The notes beneath the pieces were generated by a model. It did no database searches, had not been told where the DNA came from, and saw only the letters and a program-made list of their open reading frames with translations. The translations under genes were made by a program, and so were the position numbers. A stretch of DNA of 64,000 nucleotides from Carcharhinus amblyrhynchos. Lineage: Eukaryota. The stretch covers positions 44,144,001 to 44,208,000 of the forward strand of contig OZ336878.1 of NCBI GenBank assembly GCA_965287045.1, in the 5' to 3' direction. This document shows, in pieces, positions 25,332-38,750 of this stretch (positions are counted from its first letter, which is position 1; each line of letters begins with the position of its first letter).

Positions 25332-25642
25332 CAGCGTGACCTATCTACCTTGAGGACCATGGAGCAAAAGGATTAAGGTCTTCAAGAGGGCATGACGTGT
25401 GAGTGGCATAACGCTGATAAGTGCCAATCCCCTTCCTCAGATTTGACCAATATTTTCCTGCACAGCACTTCTTAGACCAACACACTTACAGCTCCACTCA
25501 TTCATCTTCCTGCAGGAACCTCACACCCCTACCTGAGCTGCCAACACGCACTCATTCTCAGTTTATTGTCCTCTCACAACTATACCTTACAGTCACCTTC
25601 ATTCCTCTGAATGCAAGCCACTCCTAATACTTCCATCCCTCT

Positions 25643-25953
25643 GGGTGGCAAGGTGAAACAGTGGTTAGCACTGTTGCCTCACAGCCAGGGACCTGGGTTC
25701 GATTCCCGGCTTGGGTCACTGACTGTGTGGAGTTTGCATATTCTCTCCATATTTACCTGGGTTTCCTCCAGGTACTCTGGTTTCCTCCCACAGTTCAAAG
25801 ATGTGCGGGTAGGTGGATTCACCATGCAAAGTTGGCCCTTCGTATCAAGGGGAACAAGCTGGAGTAAATGCATGGAGATAAGCCTGGGTAGGATTGTGGT
25901 CAGTGCAGACTCAATGGGCCACCTTCTGCACTGTAGGGATAGTATGATTCTAT
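25643..25953 (+). mobile_element. HE1-like V-SINE, tail type 1
   Basis: Consensus head, core and tail. Confidence 0.88.
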
Positions 25954-26302
25954 GCCTCCTCTCCGCACAGGAGAAGAGAGCAAACAACTTGGCAAGAATT
26001 AGAGAGGCAGGGTTATGGGAAACAGGAGCGATGGGCTCTCATGTCGGATATTTTGTTGAACACTGGCAATGCGTGGCCACATATCCCATTTGGAAGGTGG
26101 TCTGGCACAATGGGGCTGCAGACGTCAACAGCAGGTTGCTATCAGACCATGAGCCTCAAGTTCTTGCAAATGTTGAGAGAGCTGGTCCATTGCTTTCAGA
26201 CCCTCTCGTAGGATTTATTTTTACCTTATTTCACCTGACTCTCAGTGTCCATTCCCTCTGCCTTTGGCAGCTGCTGCTTCCTTTGGTGTTAGTGAAGCCC
26301 CT

Positions 26303-27227
26303 AAGATTGGGGGAACGGCAAATTGTGCGGAGGGTGTGGAGAGTCTGCAGAAGGATCTAGATAGGCTGGGTGAATGGGCCAGGAAATGGCAAATGGAATT
26401 TAATGTTGGCAAGTGTGAGGTGGTCCACTTTGGTAGGAAGAATGGTAGGAAGGACTATTACTTACGGGGCGAAAAACTGCAGCAGGCGACGGTGCAGAGG
26501 GACCTCGGGGTCCTTGTGCATGAGTCGCAAAAACCCAGCTTGCAGGTGCAGCAGGTGGTCAGGAAGGCGAATGGGATGCTGGCCTTCATAGCGAGGGGGA
26601 TTGAATATAAAAGTAGGGAGGTCTTGCTGCGGCTGTATAGGGCATTGGTGAGGCCGCAGCTGGAGTACTGTGTGCAGTTTTGGGCGCCGCACCTGCGCAA
26701 AGATATTTTGGCCTTGGAGGGAGTGCAGAGGAAGTTTACTAGGCTGATACCGGAGTTGAGGGGGTTGAGCTATGAGGAGAGGCTGAATAAACTAGGCTTG
26801 TACTCGTTAGAGTTTAGAAGAATGAGGGGAGATCTCATTGAGACGTATAAGATGATGAATGGGATGGATAGGATAGAGGTGGAGAGACTCTTCCCGCTCA
26901 AAAAAGACAGTAGGACTAGGGGGCACAGCCTCAAGATAAAGGGGGGGCGGTTTAGAACGGAGTTGAGGAGGAACTTCTTCACTCAAAGGGTGGTGAATTT
27001 CTGGAATTCTCTGCCCGTTGAAGTGGTGGAGGCTACCTCGCTAAATATTTTTAAGACGCAGGTTGATGTGTTTTTGATAAGAGAGGGGATTAAGGGTTAT
27101 GGGGAGAGGGCGGGAATGTGGAACTGAGCCACGACAGATCAGCCATGATCTTATTGAATGGCGGGGCAGGCTCGAAGGGCTAGATGGCCTGCTCCTGCTC
27201 CTATTTCTTATGTTCTTATGTTCTTAT
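26303..27227 (+). mobile_element. Young 5'-truncated CR1 LINE
   Basis: Nearly identical to 24407-25331. Confidence 0.95.
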
Positions 27228-27989
27228 TATATACAGTCCCTCAGCAGAGGATCTCGATGGTGTCACAGAAGTAGCTACTCGTGTCACTCTGACTCTGCCT
27301 TTCTTTGTAATGACCGGCTGGCACCAGGGAAATGCAGCTGAGGGTGGGTGAAGTGCTAGTCAAGTGACCAGTTCCCGGCAGTTGGCATTTACCTGCCAAG
27401 CATCAGTAGCATTCTCTGGCAGAATCAGTGTTGGGCAAGGCAATTCTGTAGCTGATCAATGCAACTCATTAAAGCTTCCAAAGCTTGTTAGCTTTACTGA
27501 GACAGGCCCTCCTGCTGTGCTCTCACCTTACTCTCACTATGAGAACACAGCATGGGACTGATTGGCTACCAGGAAAGCAGGATTTCACTGGGAAAATCCC
27601 ACTTAATCAGCTTCTTTACAGGTTCAACTGTCACCTTGTTGCTGACATCAGCACATTCAGCCTCTCCCAACCCCAGCCCAGCACAAGTGAGGTTGACAAA
27701 AGCTGGGTCACGTCAGGTTACCTGCCTACTGGTGTTTTTAAAATTTTCTTCCCCATCCCCCAGCCTCCATAAGGACTGGGACAACTATCCCCACTGAGTC
27801 TGGATGAGCTAACTCTAAAGAATGGAATGAGTTGAGAAGGGAAGAAAAATATCTGAAAAGTATTCCATTCCTCTGAAAACAAATCTGGTCAAAATGTCAA
27901 TCTTAAAAAGTTATATTGTAAATCTTGTTCGGAGAAAGGAATTAAAAAATGCTTGTAATTAATTAGACTGTGAAGAAATAACATACTAA

Positions 27990-28270
27990 AGAAAATAAGA
28001 ACATAATTACTAAGAGCAGGGATAGGCCATAAGTTCATGGCTGATCTTTTCATGGACTTAGCTCCACTTTCCCACCCGCTCACCATAACCCTTAATTCCT
28101 TTACTGTTCAAAAATCTAGCTATCTCTGCCTTAAAAACATTCAATGAGGTAGCCTCAACTGCTTCACTGGACAGGGAATTCCATAGATTCACAACCCTTT
28201 GGATGAAGAAGTTCGTCCTCAACTCAGTCCAAATCTGCTCCCCCTTCTTTTGAGGCTATGCCCTTCAGTT
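27990..28270 (-). mobile_element. CR1 3' end fragment
   Basis: ataagaacataa tail; reverse complement of the RVVNLWNSLP-coding region. Confidence 0.8.
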
Positions 28271-28782
28271 CTGTCATTTATATATTTCGGTGAATTTCAG
28301 CAGAGGTTTTGTTGCAGGCGCAGAGTAGATTTGTAAAACTTAGATGGTGACTTAATTTGACAGTCTGTTGACACTTGGCCTACAGCCTTTCAGTCCTGAC
28401 TTGCAGGCTTTTCTCACACAAACACTTGAAATATAGATGGTGCATCTAAGTTAATTATCATAAAATGACAAAATATATATTCACCGACAGTTTTGGGTAT
28501 GGTGTAGAATCTGGTGCCTTGTTGTTTTAAGAGCTAATTAAAATAAGACTGCTTTACAATTAGGTACCTTAATTGCCAGTAGAGATTTTCTTTTTGCCTT
28601 TCAGAGGCATTACAACCACTGTCCTCTCTTTAAATTGGTTATGAACATGCTCCAGTAGCTTAATAGGCAAAAGTATTGCGCCAGAATACGCTGTAGCAGG
28701 GCATCTAATGCTCCCCTGCACCTCCTGCCCACAAACTTAATGAAAGTGCAAACTGATAAGAGTACAGTGAGGGAAGCAGACA

Positions 28783-29090
28783 GGGGAAACATGCTGGCAC
28801 TATTGTTAGCACTGCTGCCTCACAATTCCAGGGACCCAGGTTCAATTCTCAGCTTGGGTCATTGTCAGTGCAGAGTCTGCGTGTTTTCCCGTGTCTGCGT
28901 GGGTTTCCTCCAGGTGCTCCAGTTTCCCCCCACAATCTGAAAGATGTGCTGGCTAGGTACATTGGCCATGCTAAATTGTCCCTTATTCTACCTGAACAGG
29001 CAGCAGAGTGTGGTGACTAGGAGATTTTCACAGTAACTTTATTGCAGTGCTAATATAAGCCTTACTTCTGGCACTAATAAATAAGCTTTA
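28783..29090 (+). mobile_element. HE1-like SINE, tail type 2
   Basis: Ends gactaggagattttcacagtaac...cactaataaataa. Confidence 0.85.
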
Positions 29091-29092
29091 AA

Positions 29093-30000
29093 AGGCGACG
29101 ATTCTCTCATCCCGTCGCAGTACCTTTTTAGCATGGTGGGCCAGGAGAATCATTTGTATGCTGATTCACGGAATTCCTGCATGCATTCCTGCTGCGCCCA
29201 CATCTTCCAGCAACAGATATCTGGCGCTGTGCTGGAAACCAGCGGGAACATTAGGTCAGTGATTTAAATCTAGTTTTGGTGTAATTTAAATCTGATGAGC
29301 ATCTCCCACCCTGTCAAGAGCATTTCACTCCAGCAGGGTTCTGACTAGCTCCCCACTTTCGGGGAACTACCAGGACGACCCCACTGGAGTGAAGGTGGGA
29401 ATTGGGGCCCTGCAGGGGGTTGGCGGTGGGAAGGTGGTGCCCTCTTTGATTGGACACTGAGGGTTGTGCCTAAGGGCCGATCACTGGGGGCAGGAGAAGG
29501 CCGGCGATTGGGGTGGGCTGGAAGGTGGTGGTCGGGGGGGGGGTCTGCCTCCTGGGGGGACGGGGTGGTGGCTCTGCCTCCAGAAGAGGGTTCTGTCGGG
29601 GGTTTGGGGGGATCATCACTGCTAGGGGGAGGTTGGTGATCATGCGGTCTGAGACAGGATGGGGAGGGGTTTCGGGGATGGCCTGTGAATTGAAGGGACA
29701 CTGTGATTAGGCTGTCGGCGGGGGAGTGAAGGGGCAGCACTGACAGAATCCCGGGCTGGGCAGCAAACTGCAGTCTGACAGATCAGGGCCACCGCGTATG
29801 TGCAGAGTTCCAGAACTGTCAGACCCTGGCGTGAATAAGCCCTGTTCCCCCTGAGCTTTTAATGATATTCATGATTGTGACCTCTGCATTGCACATTGTG
29901 TGAGAGATTCTTGTCTGAAGTCGCACTGAAAAAAAACGTGGTTTACTCCAGTTTTCCTGCCAATTCGACGCTTGGATCTTATTTGGGAGAATCACTGCCC
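29093..30000. mobile_element. Harbinger-like MITE (same family as 8823-9858)
   Basis: TIRs ggcgacgattctctc / gggagaatcactgccc; shared subterminal block gtctgacagatcag...cagagttccagaa. Confidence 0.7.
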
Positions 30001-30755
30001 TGGGATCTGAGTCAAAAGGGTTGCAAAGATAACAGGATATCTGCTTAGCCAATGAAATTTAAGGGTTAGGAAATAAACAAAGGAGAATGAAGAGGTGATT
30101 CAATGTCAAGAAAGTAAAAAGGAGAAAAAGATTGGATGCAAAAAGAGAGAAAGAAAGACAAAACAACAGAAAGAAAATGTAAGATTTTTAAAATTTAAAG
30201 CAAAAAAAATTGAACTTTCAGGCTGATTTCTGTTTTTTTGAAAGCCAGTCTGCCCAGATTAGTGCACTCAATGCTGCATTGCTGCTGGGGAGGTTGGGGG
30301 TTTTGTAGCAGTTTGGGACTTAGGGAGAGGGCTGGGGTTAGTGGAGGGAAGAGTGAGAAAGAGAGTGGTAGCAGTGATGCACTAATATTTCTCAGTTAAA
30401 AAGCAATGTTTTATACAATCTGGGGACTCAAATGATTAATACATTGGAAAAGAATGCCATATTCCATATGATCAACACCTTTTCTTAGAGCTCAGGCACC
30501 TCAAAATTTGGCACTACATCCCTGGTCTTCAGGAATCAACAATACAATGTTTAAAACTATTTTCTCAGAAAGGAGATAAAAATAAGTTGTATTCATGATT
30601 CCACAATATCCAAAGTGCTTTACTGTGGATTAGATACTTTTGAAATGCAGGATTATGTGGCAACCAATACATCCAAACTCATCTCACGTACCGCAATAAG
30701 ATGAATGACTAGATGATTCACCCATTTTTGACTGTGTTGGTCCTCAGAGTATGGA

Positions 30756-31112
30756 TTAACTAAACAAAGGCTTTTGAAACCCAAAAAATACAAAGACATT
30801 TATCCATGAGTTTTTCTGATGGTTGCACGAACAGCAGACATCCCATCTGTGTAATTCGTCCCTTAAGGCAACATATTGTTGGTTGACAAGGAGTCCCTTG
30901 GCAGTCTTGTGGTTGATATAAAAATGTGAGTAACTGTAGCCAAGGATTGGATTCCCTTTGATGACCAACACGAACTGACCTGCATTCATGTGATAGCTTG
31001 CTAAACATGTTACCCCTCCCACTGGCAAATCTTCAAACATAGTTTTGCTGGTAAGACCATTAAATATATAAAACATAGTTACGTACTTTCCACTGGCAGG
31101 CAAGTTGAAAAG
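30756..31112 (-). pseudogene. Candidate exon-like segment of an unidentified minus-strand gene
   Basis: Strong acceptor (ttcctgttatttgtcaatctttaaatcag) opens a 118-codon frame (LFNLPASGK...CLASYHMNAGQFVLVIK...); no clean donor at the end. Confidence 0.35.
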
Positions 31113-31794
31113 CTGATTTAAAGATTGACAAATAACAGGAAATCAGCATAAAAAGATAAATGTATTACAACAGCAGAGGGACATAAAAAGTGTTTTTTCA
31201 TCCTTTCTTTGGTCACTTTGCAATACCTACAATTCTTGCCTGGAACATCAGGTTGATATTTTGTTGGGCCCTTGACAAGGAGTTAATTCAGTTTTTCGTT
31301 AATTTAGCTGAATATCTAGAGATCTTTCACACTGATTTTGTCTCCAATCTTTTGCAGGGTCAAGAAATAATAATGGAATGGAAGGCATTCAGAGAAGAGA
31401 CAGTTCACTATAAACTAGGCATATGCCCTGGATGATAAAGGAAGTAGAAATTAAAATAAGAGTGGGGAGAGAGGGGGCTTCCGATAAATGTTGGGAGGAA
31501 GATGCAGTTAATAAGCAGGAAGATATTGGAAAATACATGGGAGAATTGACAAAAAATTGATTGTGGGAGGCAAAGAAAGCTTACAAGAAGAGACTAGTCA
31601 GTGATATTAAATCCAACTCCAAAACATTACACAAACGTATCAAGTATAAACGATTAGCTGGGGAAAAAGTTGGACCCGTTAGCAGTCGTCACTGTGGCTC
31701 AGCTGGTCACTGACTTACCTACGATCTCTGGTTCAAGTCCCACTCTAGAGCTTGAGCACAAAATCTGGACACAGAGGCTATGCCTAAAGGTATT

Positions 31795-32153
31795 AGAATC
31801 ATAGAATACCTACGTGCCGAAGGAGGCCATTCAGCCCATCGTGTCTGCACCAACCACAATCCCACCCAGACCTTATTCCTGTAAGCCCACATATTTATCC
31901 TGCTAATTCCTGAGACTAGGGTCAATGTAGCATGGCCACCAACCTAATGCATACATCTTTGGACTATGGGAGGAAACTGGAGCACCCAAAGGAAATCCAT
32001 GAGGACATGGGGGAGGAGGTGCAAACTCCGCACAGATAGTGACCCGAGACCGGAATTGAACCTGGGTCCCTGGCGCTGTGAGGCAGCAGTGCTAATCACT
32101 GTGCCACTGTGTTGCCCCAGTGTGAGGCAGCAGTGCTAACCACTGTGCCACCC
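31795..32153 (-). mobile_element. HE1-like V-SINE with a tandemly duplicated head
   Basis: gtgaggcagcagtgctaa(t/c)cactgtgccac occurs twice (about 32077 and 32122). Confidence 0.88.
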
Positions 32154-32675
32154 CTGTGTTAAATGAGAACTTTGCATCAAGGAGGTGGCAGATACTATAC
32201 AGGTAATTATAATAGGTGAAATGGAAGTTAAGGACATGAAAATAATAATAAGTCATATCATCCAGGAAGTCAGGGATGTGGACGCCCTGCCAATCTAAAT
32301 GATAGGATCTTATTCAAATAAATCTGGCTGGCATTAAAGCGTGCAGCCAGATTCATGACCTGAAGAATTAGCATGAATATAAATTTAGGGTCAGGGTCAA
32401 GTCACTGATTGGTGGGAATGATCCCTGCTTTCAGTGGAAGCAGAGGTTGAAAGTGATAGGTGGTGGGTGTGTAGAGGAGAGTTTCATGGTGATCAGGTGT
32501 GTGGTATAGGGGATTCCATTGTGATTGGGTGGTGGGGGTATAGGGGAATGTTTCACAGTAAGGTGGGTGGGGGTAGTGAGAGAGGGCTGCACATGTGTTA
32601 ACCATCCTGATAACTTTTCAAAGAAAGGAATCCCCATGAAACCAACAGAAAGAAATCTGATGGACAAGATCTCTC

Positions 32676-32945
32676 GGATGGGATTCTCCCTAAAAAAATT
32701 GTGTAAGAACTGGGGTAAATCCTGCTGCTTTTTTAAGTGGGATTTTCAAAATGAATCTCCCACACTCTGTGCATCACAGAATGCCCGAGCATGAATTATG
32801 TTGAAAAGTGGTGGTTGGGGCCTGCTCCCGCTGGAGAGGCTGGCAATATAGTGCTGAGTGGGCCACTGCACATGCACTGATCTGTCAACACAGAAATCAG
32901 CACATGCACAGTAGCCCCGCACTGCTGGCTCCCAATCGCTAGCCA
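32676..32945. mobile_element. Inverted end fragment of the 8823/29093 MITE family
   Basis: Reverse complement matches 29880-30000. Confidence 0.65.
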
Positions 32946-34769
32946 ATTCTCAATATGTTCTGAACTAGCAAACGGAAAGGACAGATTGCCCAAATCCACT
33001 GCAATTAGCCACATATTTACCATTTGCTCCTTGGTTGTTCATTTCCAGAGCAATCTCAGGTAACATAGGCATTTCTTGTAAACCCATGATGTCATAATCA
33101 GGAAACCAATGAACTCCTTTTCAGAATACTCCCCAGACCTTTGGACTTAAAGGGACATTACCAAAAAAAAGAAAGTACAGGCTTTCCGTAGCATATGAGT
33201 AATCATAGATGGGCTAGGGGTTGGGGGGTGGGGGGGGAGCTGTTCTACAATAATGAGGGGAATGGTACAGATGTGGGTTCCACTGTGATTGGGGTGGATG
33301 GTGGAGTTTCCACGATTGTAGGGGAAAGGTTTCATGGTGATTGGTGGTTGTTTGGGGGGGTGGTGGGCGGTGGGGGGGGGGAGGGTGCATGGTGCTTGGG
33401 GGATGGTTTTGTGGGGGATTGGAGGAAACTAGGGCATGGGAGGGGGAATTTCTATTCCTCTTGACTCTTTAGGTATTTTAGAAAGGAATCATTTTTAAAG
33501 ATTTAATTTGGCCTCGTGACCAGGCTGTTCTTCTAGTGGTGGCTTTGCTAATGGGCAGGAGACAGGGTGAGGATCCCATTAGGCCAAAACTTTGAACATT
33601 CAGTAAGTCTCACCCTCTTTTAATGAGATCCGTTACAATTACAGTGACTGGGAATGCCATTGGAAGTGGGAGCTAGAGTTTTCAAATGGTAGGACGTACA
33701 ACATTTTCACTGATGAGAGGGGTTAACATTTGATTCGAGCTAAAACACAATCTTATGACAGCCTGGCACATCAGCTGTCTTCTTTGAATGTCCTGACATA
33801 GCCTCCCTCAAAATATAATAACAGCTTCAGTTTTTTTTAATATAGCATAGTCTCTCTGTCCCCATCCTCCCCTTTGGAGATCGCACAGCCCCAAACATAG
33901 AAACTTGACAATGTGCTGACAGATTCCATAAAAAAAATCAAGCAAATCTGGTTTCAGGCATCAATACTGCCAACATGATATTTCATGCATTGGCCCAATG
34001 CCCCATTTTCACAGTAAAGTGCCTGAGGTTTGCATTCTCAAACTGCTCTGTCGAGAACACTGGAACACCATTATTCTAATTGTATTACTTGATCACAGTG
34101 GAAACTCCACTGTATCTAATGAAAAATTCTCAATCCTGATTTCATGAATCTCTGATAAGAAATAAATTAATTTGTTGGTGTAATGATTCAGGAACCCCAT
34201 CTGGAAAAGAACATTGTTTATTACAGAATGCAAAATAAAACCACTACCATGGTATACACACACTAATCCCTGCCTGGGACTACAGTTCAGCAAGCTCAGT
34301 CCTGGGTCTGTCTTATAAAAGGCTCAGGTAATGAGTTCCAGCTGGACAGGTCAATACCAGGGGAGCTCATTCTCAATGAGATCCTAAGGGAGACCAGTCA
34401 ATGATACCTTATGGATCTTGTGGTCCACAGCTCATCACAGCTGGTTTGTTGTGACTTCCATCTTATCATTGTTTCTGATGAACTAATCTGCAACCAGAAT
34501 TTTTTTTTGCAGTGTCCACTTTTGGTAAAGGCATTCAACATTAAACCAAATCCTCCATTATGGAAGTAAAGGGAAGGGTTAACTACATATGATTAATATC
34601 TTGCACATTGTGTGATTGCCTGCTCGACAGGATGCCTATTTAGCCCTACGATCCTTACATCTTCCTCAAATTAGTTTCAAAGTCCTGTTCCCCTTCACAA
34701 CATTAATTTGTTTAATCCATGTTCTCTGAACTGACAAGTTCTACCTGAGGTTAATTTTAACTGTTGGCT

Positions 34770-35170
34770 GCTGGAGACTTTGCATTCCTGGCCCAAAAAT
34801 ACCTCAAATTTTAAAATTCACATTGTGTTTGAATTTCTCAATAGCCTTGCTTCTTCAAGCCCCTGTAACCTCCTCTAGCCCTAAAACTCACCAAGATCTC
34901 CACACTCCTGCAATTCTGACTTCTTCCCATCTCTTTTGCTTTCAAGCTGCCATCAGTGCTCTGTCTTCAATCCCTAAAAGTTTAAGCTCTGGAATTCATT
35001 CCCTAAAATTTTCTTCTTTCCACCTCTCAAGAAGCTCCTTAAGTCTAACAGCTTGACCAAAGATTTGTTCACTTTTCCCGATAGCTCCTCAAGGGTGTCA
35101 CATTTTGTGTGGTACTGCTGCCTTGAAGCATCTTGGAAAGTGTGGCTATGTTAAAACTGTTTTGCAAATG
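34770..35170 (+). mobile_element. L2-like LINE 3' end remnant
   Basis: tttaaaattc...ctggaattc...ctcctt...gtgaagcatcttgg-type L2 tail. Confidence 0.5.
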
Positions 35171-36412
35171 TAGTTGTTGTTGCAGGTTAGGTGCTTGGAT
35201 GTAACCTGTACAAAGAAACAACTGGCCATCAAGGCTCAAAGGATATCAAGAGATGACTACTGGTAGCAAGGTTAGCATGGGAGGTATGCTAATAGCAAGC
35301 AGAGACTTGGGCATCCCTTGTTGGATCAGGAGAAACACTCTTGCTGCTTGAGATGGTAACTGAGAAAAGTTTTTTTGCCTTTCAAGGCTTCTAAACAGCT
35401 TCGCTTAACTGGGTGCAGTATTTAGAGTTGTTTTAAAATTTTGTCAGAGTTCCAAGTATGTCTTGGAACACCAATTTACATTTTTTAATGAGGGTACTAC
35501 TGGAGTCAGTGACGATCTTCATCGGCTGCTGAAACCAATGACGTTAATAGATGACAGGAACAGAGCACAAAATGGAGCCAGTCCATTTTAACTACTTCAT
35601 CTATTCCTTTCCTGCTGAACAGCGTGATCCAACAGTTACAGAAGGTGGTCACAGTTCTGGGAAGCCAAGCATTTAAGAGGAAAACATTGTGAACTTCGCT
35701 TTGAAGGAAACGTTGATAACTCTTTCAGTGGTTGGATGTTGGCAAAACTTGGTCAAGCATAGTAGATAGATTGAAGTGAAAGGTAGCCTTGAGACTTAAT
35801 ATTCCAGCTTTCTAGTTGCCAATGCACTAGATTCAAAAATGATAGAGTATTGGACAATCGTTGTGGTCTGGCTCCTGAGAACTAACAGAATGTGTTGCAG
35901 AAAAACCTGAAAACCGACTGATTTGGCAGTCTACTGATGGTTTAGTTGGGTAAATGTATTGGACAGTATAACAATGAGCTATCCAACCACAGAAGCCTGA
36001 GATTCAATCTTCACTGGTCTCATCTGAGGCGCCACGTTGGGTGTCAGGGGGTGGGGGAGAAGTAACCAGACTTACTTTTCCTTATGGCCTCTGCTGGAAA
36101 GTAGGTGTATGTGGTTTTTGGATGAAGTTCAGCCTAAGCTGTGAACTTACTGCCTCACTCACTCCCTCCCATCACCACTACCTGCTGTCACTGTCTGTCT
36201 GGTTACAAACATGAAGACTAGTCAGCCAGATGAAGTGCCAGACAGCTGTTAACAACTTTGGAACTCTATCCGAACATGACTCAGTGTCTTCATGAGGGGT
36301 GAGGAGAAAGAGAATAAATAGAAATGATAAAACACCTTTTGAATAATCTTAAATAATAAGGAGCACTCTCTTCAGTTTGAACGGAACGTAGCCAATAATA
36401 GCAGAACCTAAC

Positions 36413-36596
36413 CTTTAATAGACCCATTAAAATTTCTGTTTTAGACTTCAATTGAATGCCACATAAAAACTTGGATCCATATGGCCATGCCCATGCCATC
36501 AGCAAACAAGGATTTTTTTTGTTGAATTCTGTTTTCAGGACCAAATCTTTGGGTTTGATATTTATTCAAAGAATAAAATAATTTAATGTGTGGAAC
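36413..36596 (-). pseudogene. Candidate frameshifted exon of an unidentified minus-strand gene
   Basis: cag|...AAG|GTTAGG, 184 nt; two overlapping open frames join with one +1 shift (VPHIKLFYSLNKYQTQRFGPENRIQQKKSLFADGMGMA / YGSKFLCGIQLK...LLK). The acceptor tract is weak. Confidence 0.3.
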
Positions 36597-36929
36597 CTGT
36601 TTCTTAGATTAGTTTCTCTTACCAGCTTAGTACAAGACTGGAGGCACATATTGCCGACTGCCACTTCAGTGCCTTGACAGAAAGAGATAGGGTGGTAGTG
36701 TTAATGTCTCATGGCATCAGGTCAAATGTGGTAGGGGAACTACCTGCTGCTGACCACTTCATGCCCACCCATCCCTTCCTCAGTTGATGAATCATTATTG
36801 CTCCTTGTTGAACACCAGTTGGAAGAAGCACTGAGGTTGGCATTAGCACAGAATGTACTCTGGGTGAGAGACTTAAGTGTCCATCACCATGAGTAAGTTG
36901 AAGTATCACCAATGACCAAGATAGCTGAG

Positions 36930-38745
36930 TCCGGAAGGAAGTATCTGATGATTTCTCTTGCACAGGCCATCAATGAATGGGTCCCCAGCTGCAGTATGCA
37001 GGACTCTGATGTTCAGATTTTCACGTATGTCTCAAAGTTCCTCATTCGCAGATTTCCCACCATATTTTGTCAGATATTTGGCTGGTGTCCTTTATTCTGT
37101 TCTCACTCATTTCTATAACTTCATTCACAATGGTCTGTTTGTCCTTACCTTCTATGTGCTGTAGTGTTCTATTACAGTGGATACGCTAAATCTGGTCACC
37201 ATATCTGTAAAGTGCAGTGGAAAAATGACCCTATCTTTGTCCCATACTTAAGTCCTTTGGCATAGCATCATTAAATTGCCTGGCTACTGGTAACCTCAGA
37301 ACAGGACTTGGTGGTTTCTTCTGATATTATGTATAAATTTCATACTAAGCTATGATTTACTCAAAAAGGTCAGCTCATTCTTTATCAAGAGACCCAGCAT
37401 CTCACAGTAAAGCCTTCAGTTTTGTGACCCCAATGTGCAGTCTATGCAGCTTCCAAATGATCTACTTTTTGTCTACCAAATTCTAATTCACAGAGATTAA
37501 CAAGACTTCATGAATTCTTTGAGAAATCTCTGCCTTCCTTAATGGCAGGCAGTAATGGGCCAACCTAATAAATGTAAATCCACATTCTTCTCGAACACAA
37601 TCGTCCTGAGGTCTATGGATTAGTAGGTGTTGATGTGATCGGCGCAACTTGTGGGTCGAAGGGCCTGTTTGTGCTGTAGTGTTCTATGTTCTATGTTCTG
37701 TCATTTTTCATATCTAGTGTCATCTGTACTTTCTTCATTGAAGACCTACTGATCAGATCGAAAAGCTGATACCAGTTATCCTGCAAGGGAGCACTTGTCT
37801 TTTAGGAGATGTTACTTTGTTGTCATCTCCAAACATGAAGCATGTAGAACTTTCATACTCCTTGACCTTCTGCTGCTCTGCTTCATCAAGAAACTCCAGA
37901 TAGCAATTAAGCCAGTCTCCTCAAACACTGTGGAAGTACAATCATTATCTAGAACTGCACAGTTGAATGACTTAGCCATCAAAATATTCATCGCTGTATT
38001 CAAACTCTCAGTGACCAACACAATTCATTCATGGCAATCCCCATAATTTTCAGCCTCTGTATTCTCTGCTTCATGCATTATTTCAAAAACTTGATTGTTT
38101 CGCTGTAGGCAACACATTGCATAGTGATACTTGGAAACATACCAATAACATTCCCTGTATATTTCTCAGGTTTAAGCAGACCTCCTTTTTGTCTCAACTC
38201 TCAAACTAATGGAAATATGGCAATCTTTAGACTTTCTATGAATAATCCCATCTTTGTACTGGAATCTGCATCTAAGATTTTGTCACTCTCAAATCTTGGC
38301 CACCACTGAACCTTCCATCTTTTGCTTTATCATAAATGTGCCTGTATCCAATAAGAAAATAGCTGAATGACTATCTTCCCAGAACATTTTTGGGACAACA
38401 GCCATTTGGTCTAAAAGAAAGTCTTTACTTTGAAACTGAACCCCGCCCCCCCAATTCAATACTAAAATCTATTGCCATGAGAAATGTGTGCATAGTCAAG
38501 TAATCGAAATGTGTATACAGATTTCGGGATGTCAAGCTCAAATTTCTTCAGTCTCTTTTCCATTTCTCAAAGCCCATGATATATTCATCCAAATATTTGT
38601 TTTCTTAAATCTGACCAAGCTTCATATGCTTCCAATAAATCATCCTTTTTGCTGAATTTATTCAAAAACTGTAACAGGAGGTCCAGTCCATCTTCACAAT
38701 CTAAATCATTCACATTTCACTTTGCAAACATTTTACTCTCTGCGG
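36930..38745 (-). mobile_element. Decayed Ty1/Copia LTR retrotransposon internal region (gag - protease - integrase), GalEa-like
   Basis: Minus-strand order: gag KKDDLLEAYEAWSD, zinc-knuckle remnant CYWYVSKYHYAMC, protease CAVLDNDCTSTV, integrase LPVARQFNDA and ANEEL*DIRENLNIRVLHTAAGDPFIDGLCKRNH. Integrase directly after protease is the Copia order. Confidence 0.75.
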
Positions 38746-38750
38746 TTTGA

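Noticed and set aside
25611-26360. 249-aa ORF
   Set aside because: It reads through a SINE, flanking DNA and an off-frame CR1; no domain is recognisable.
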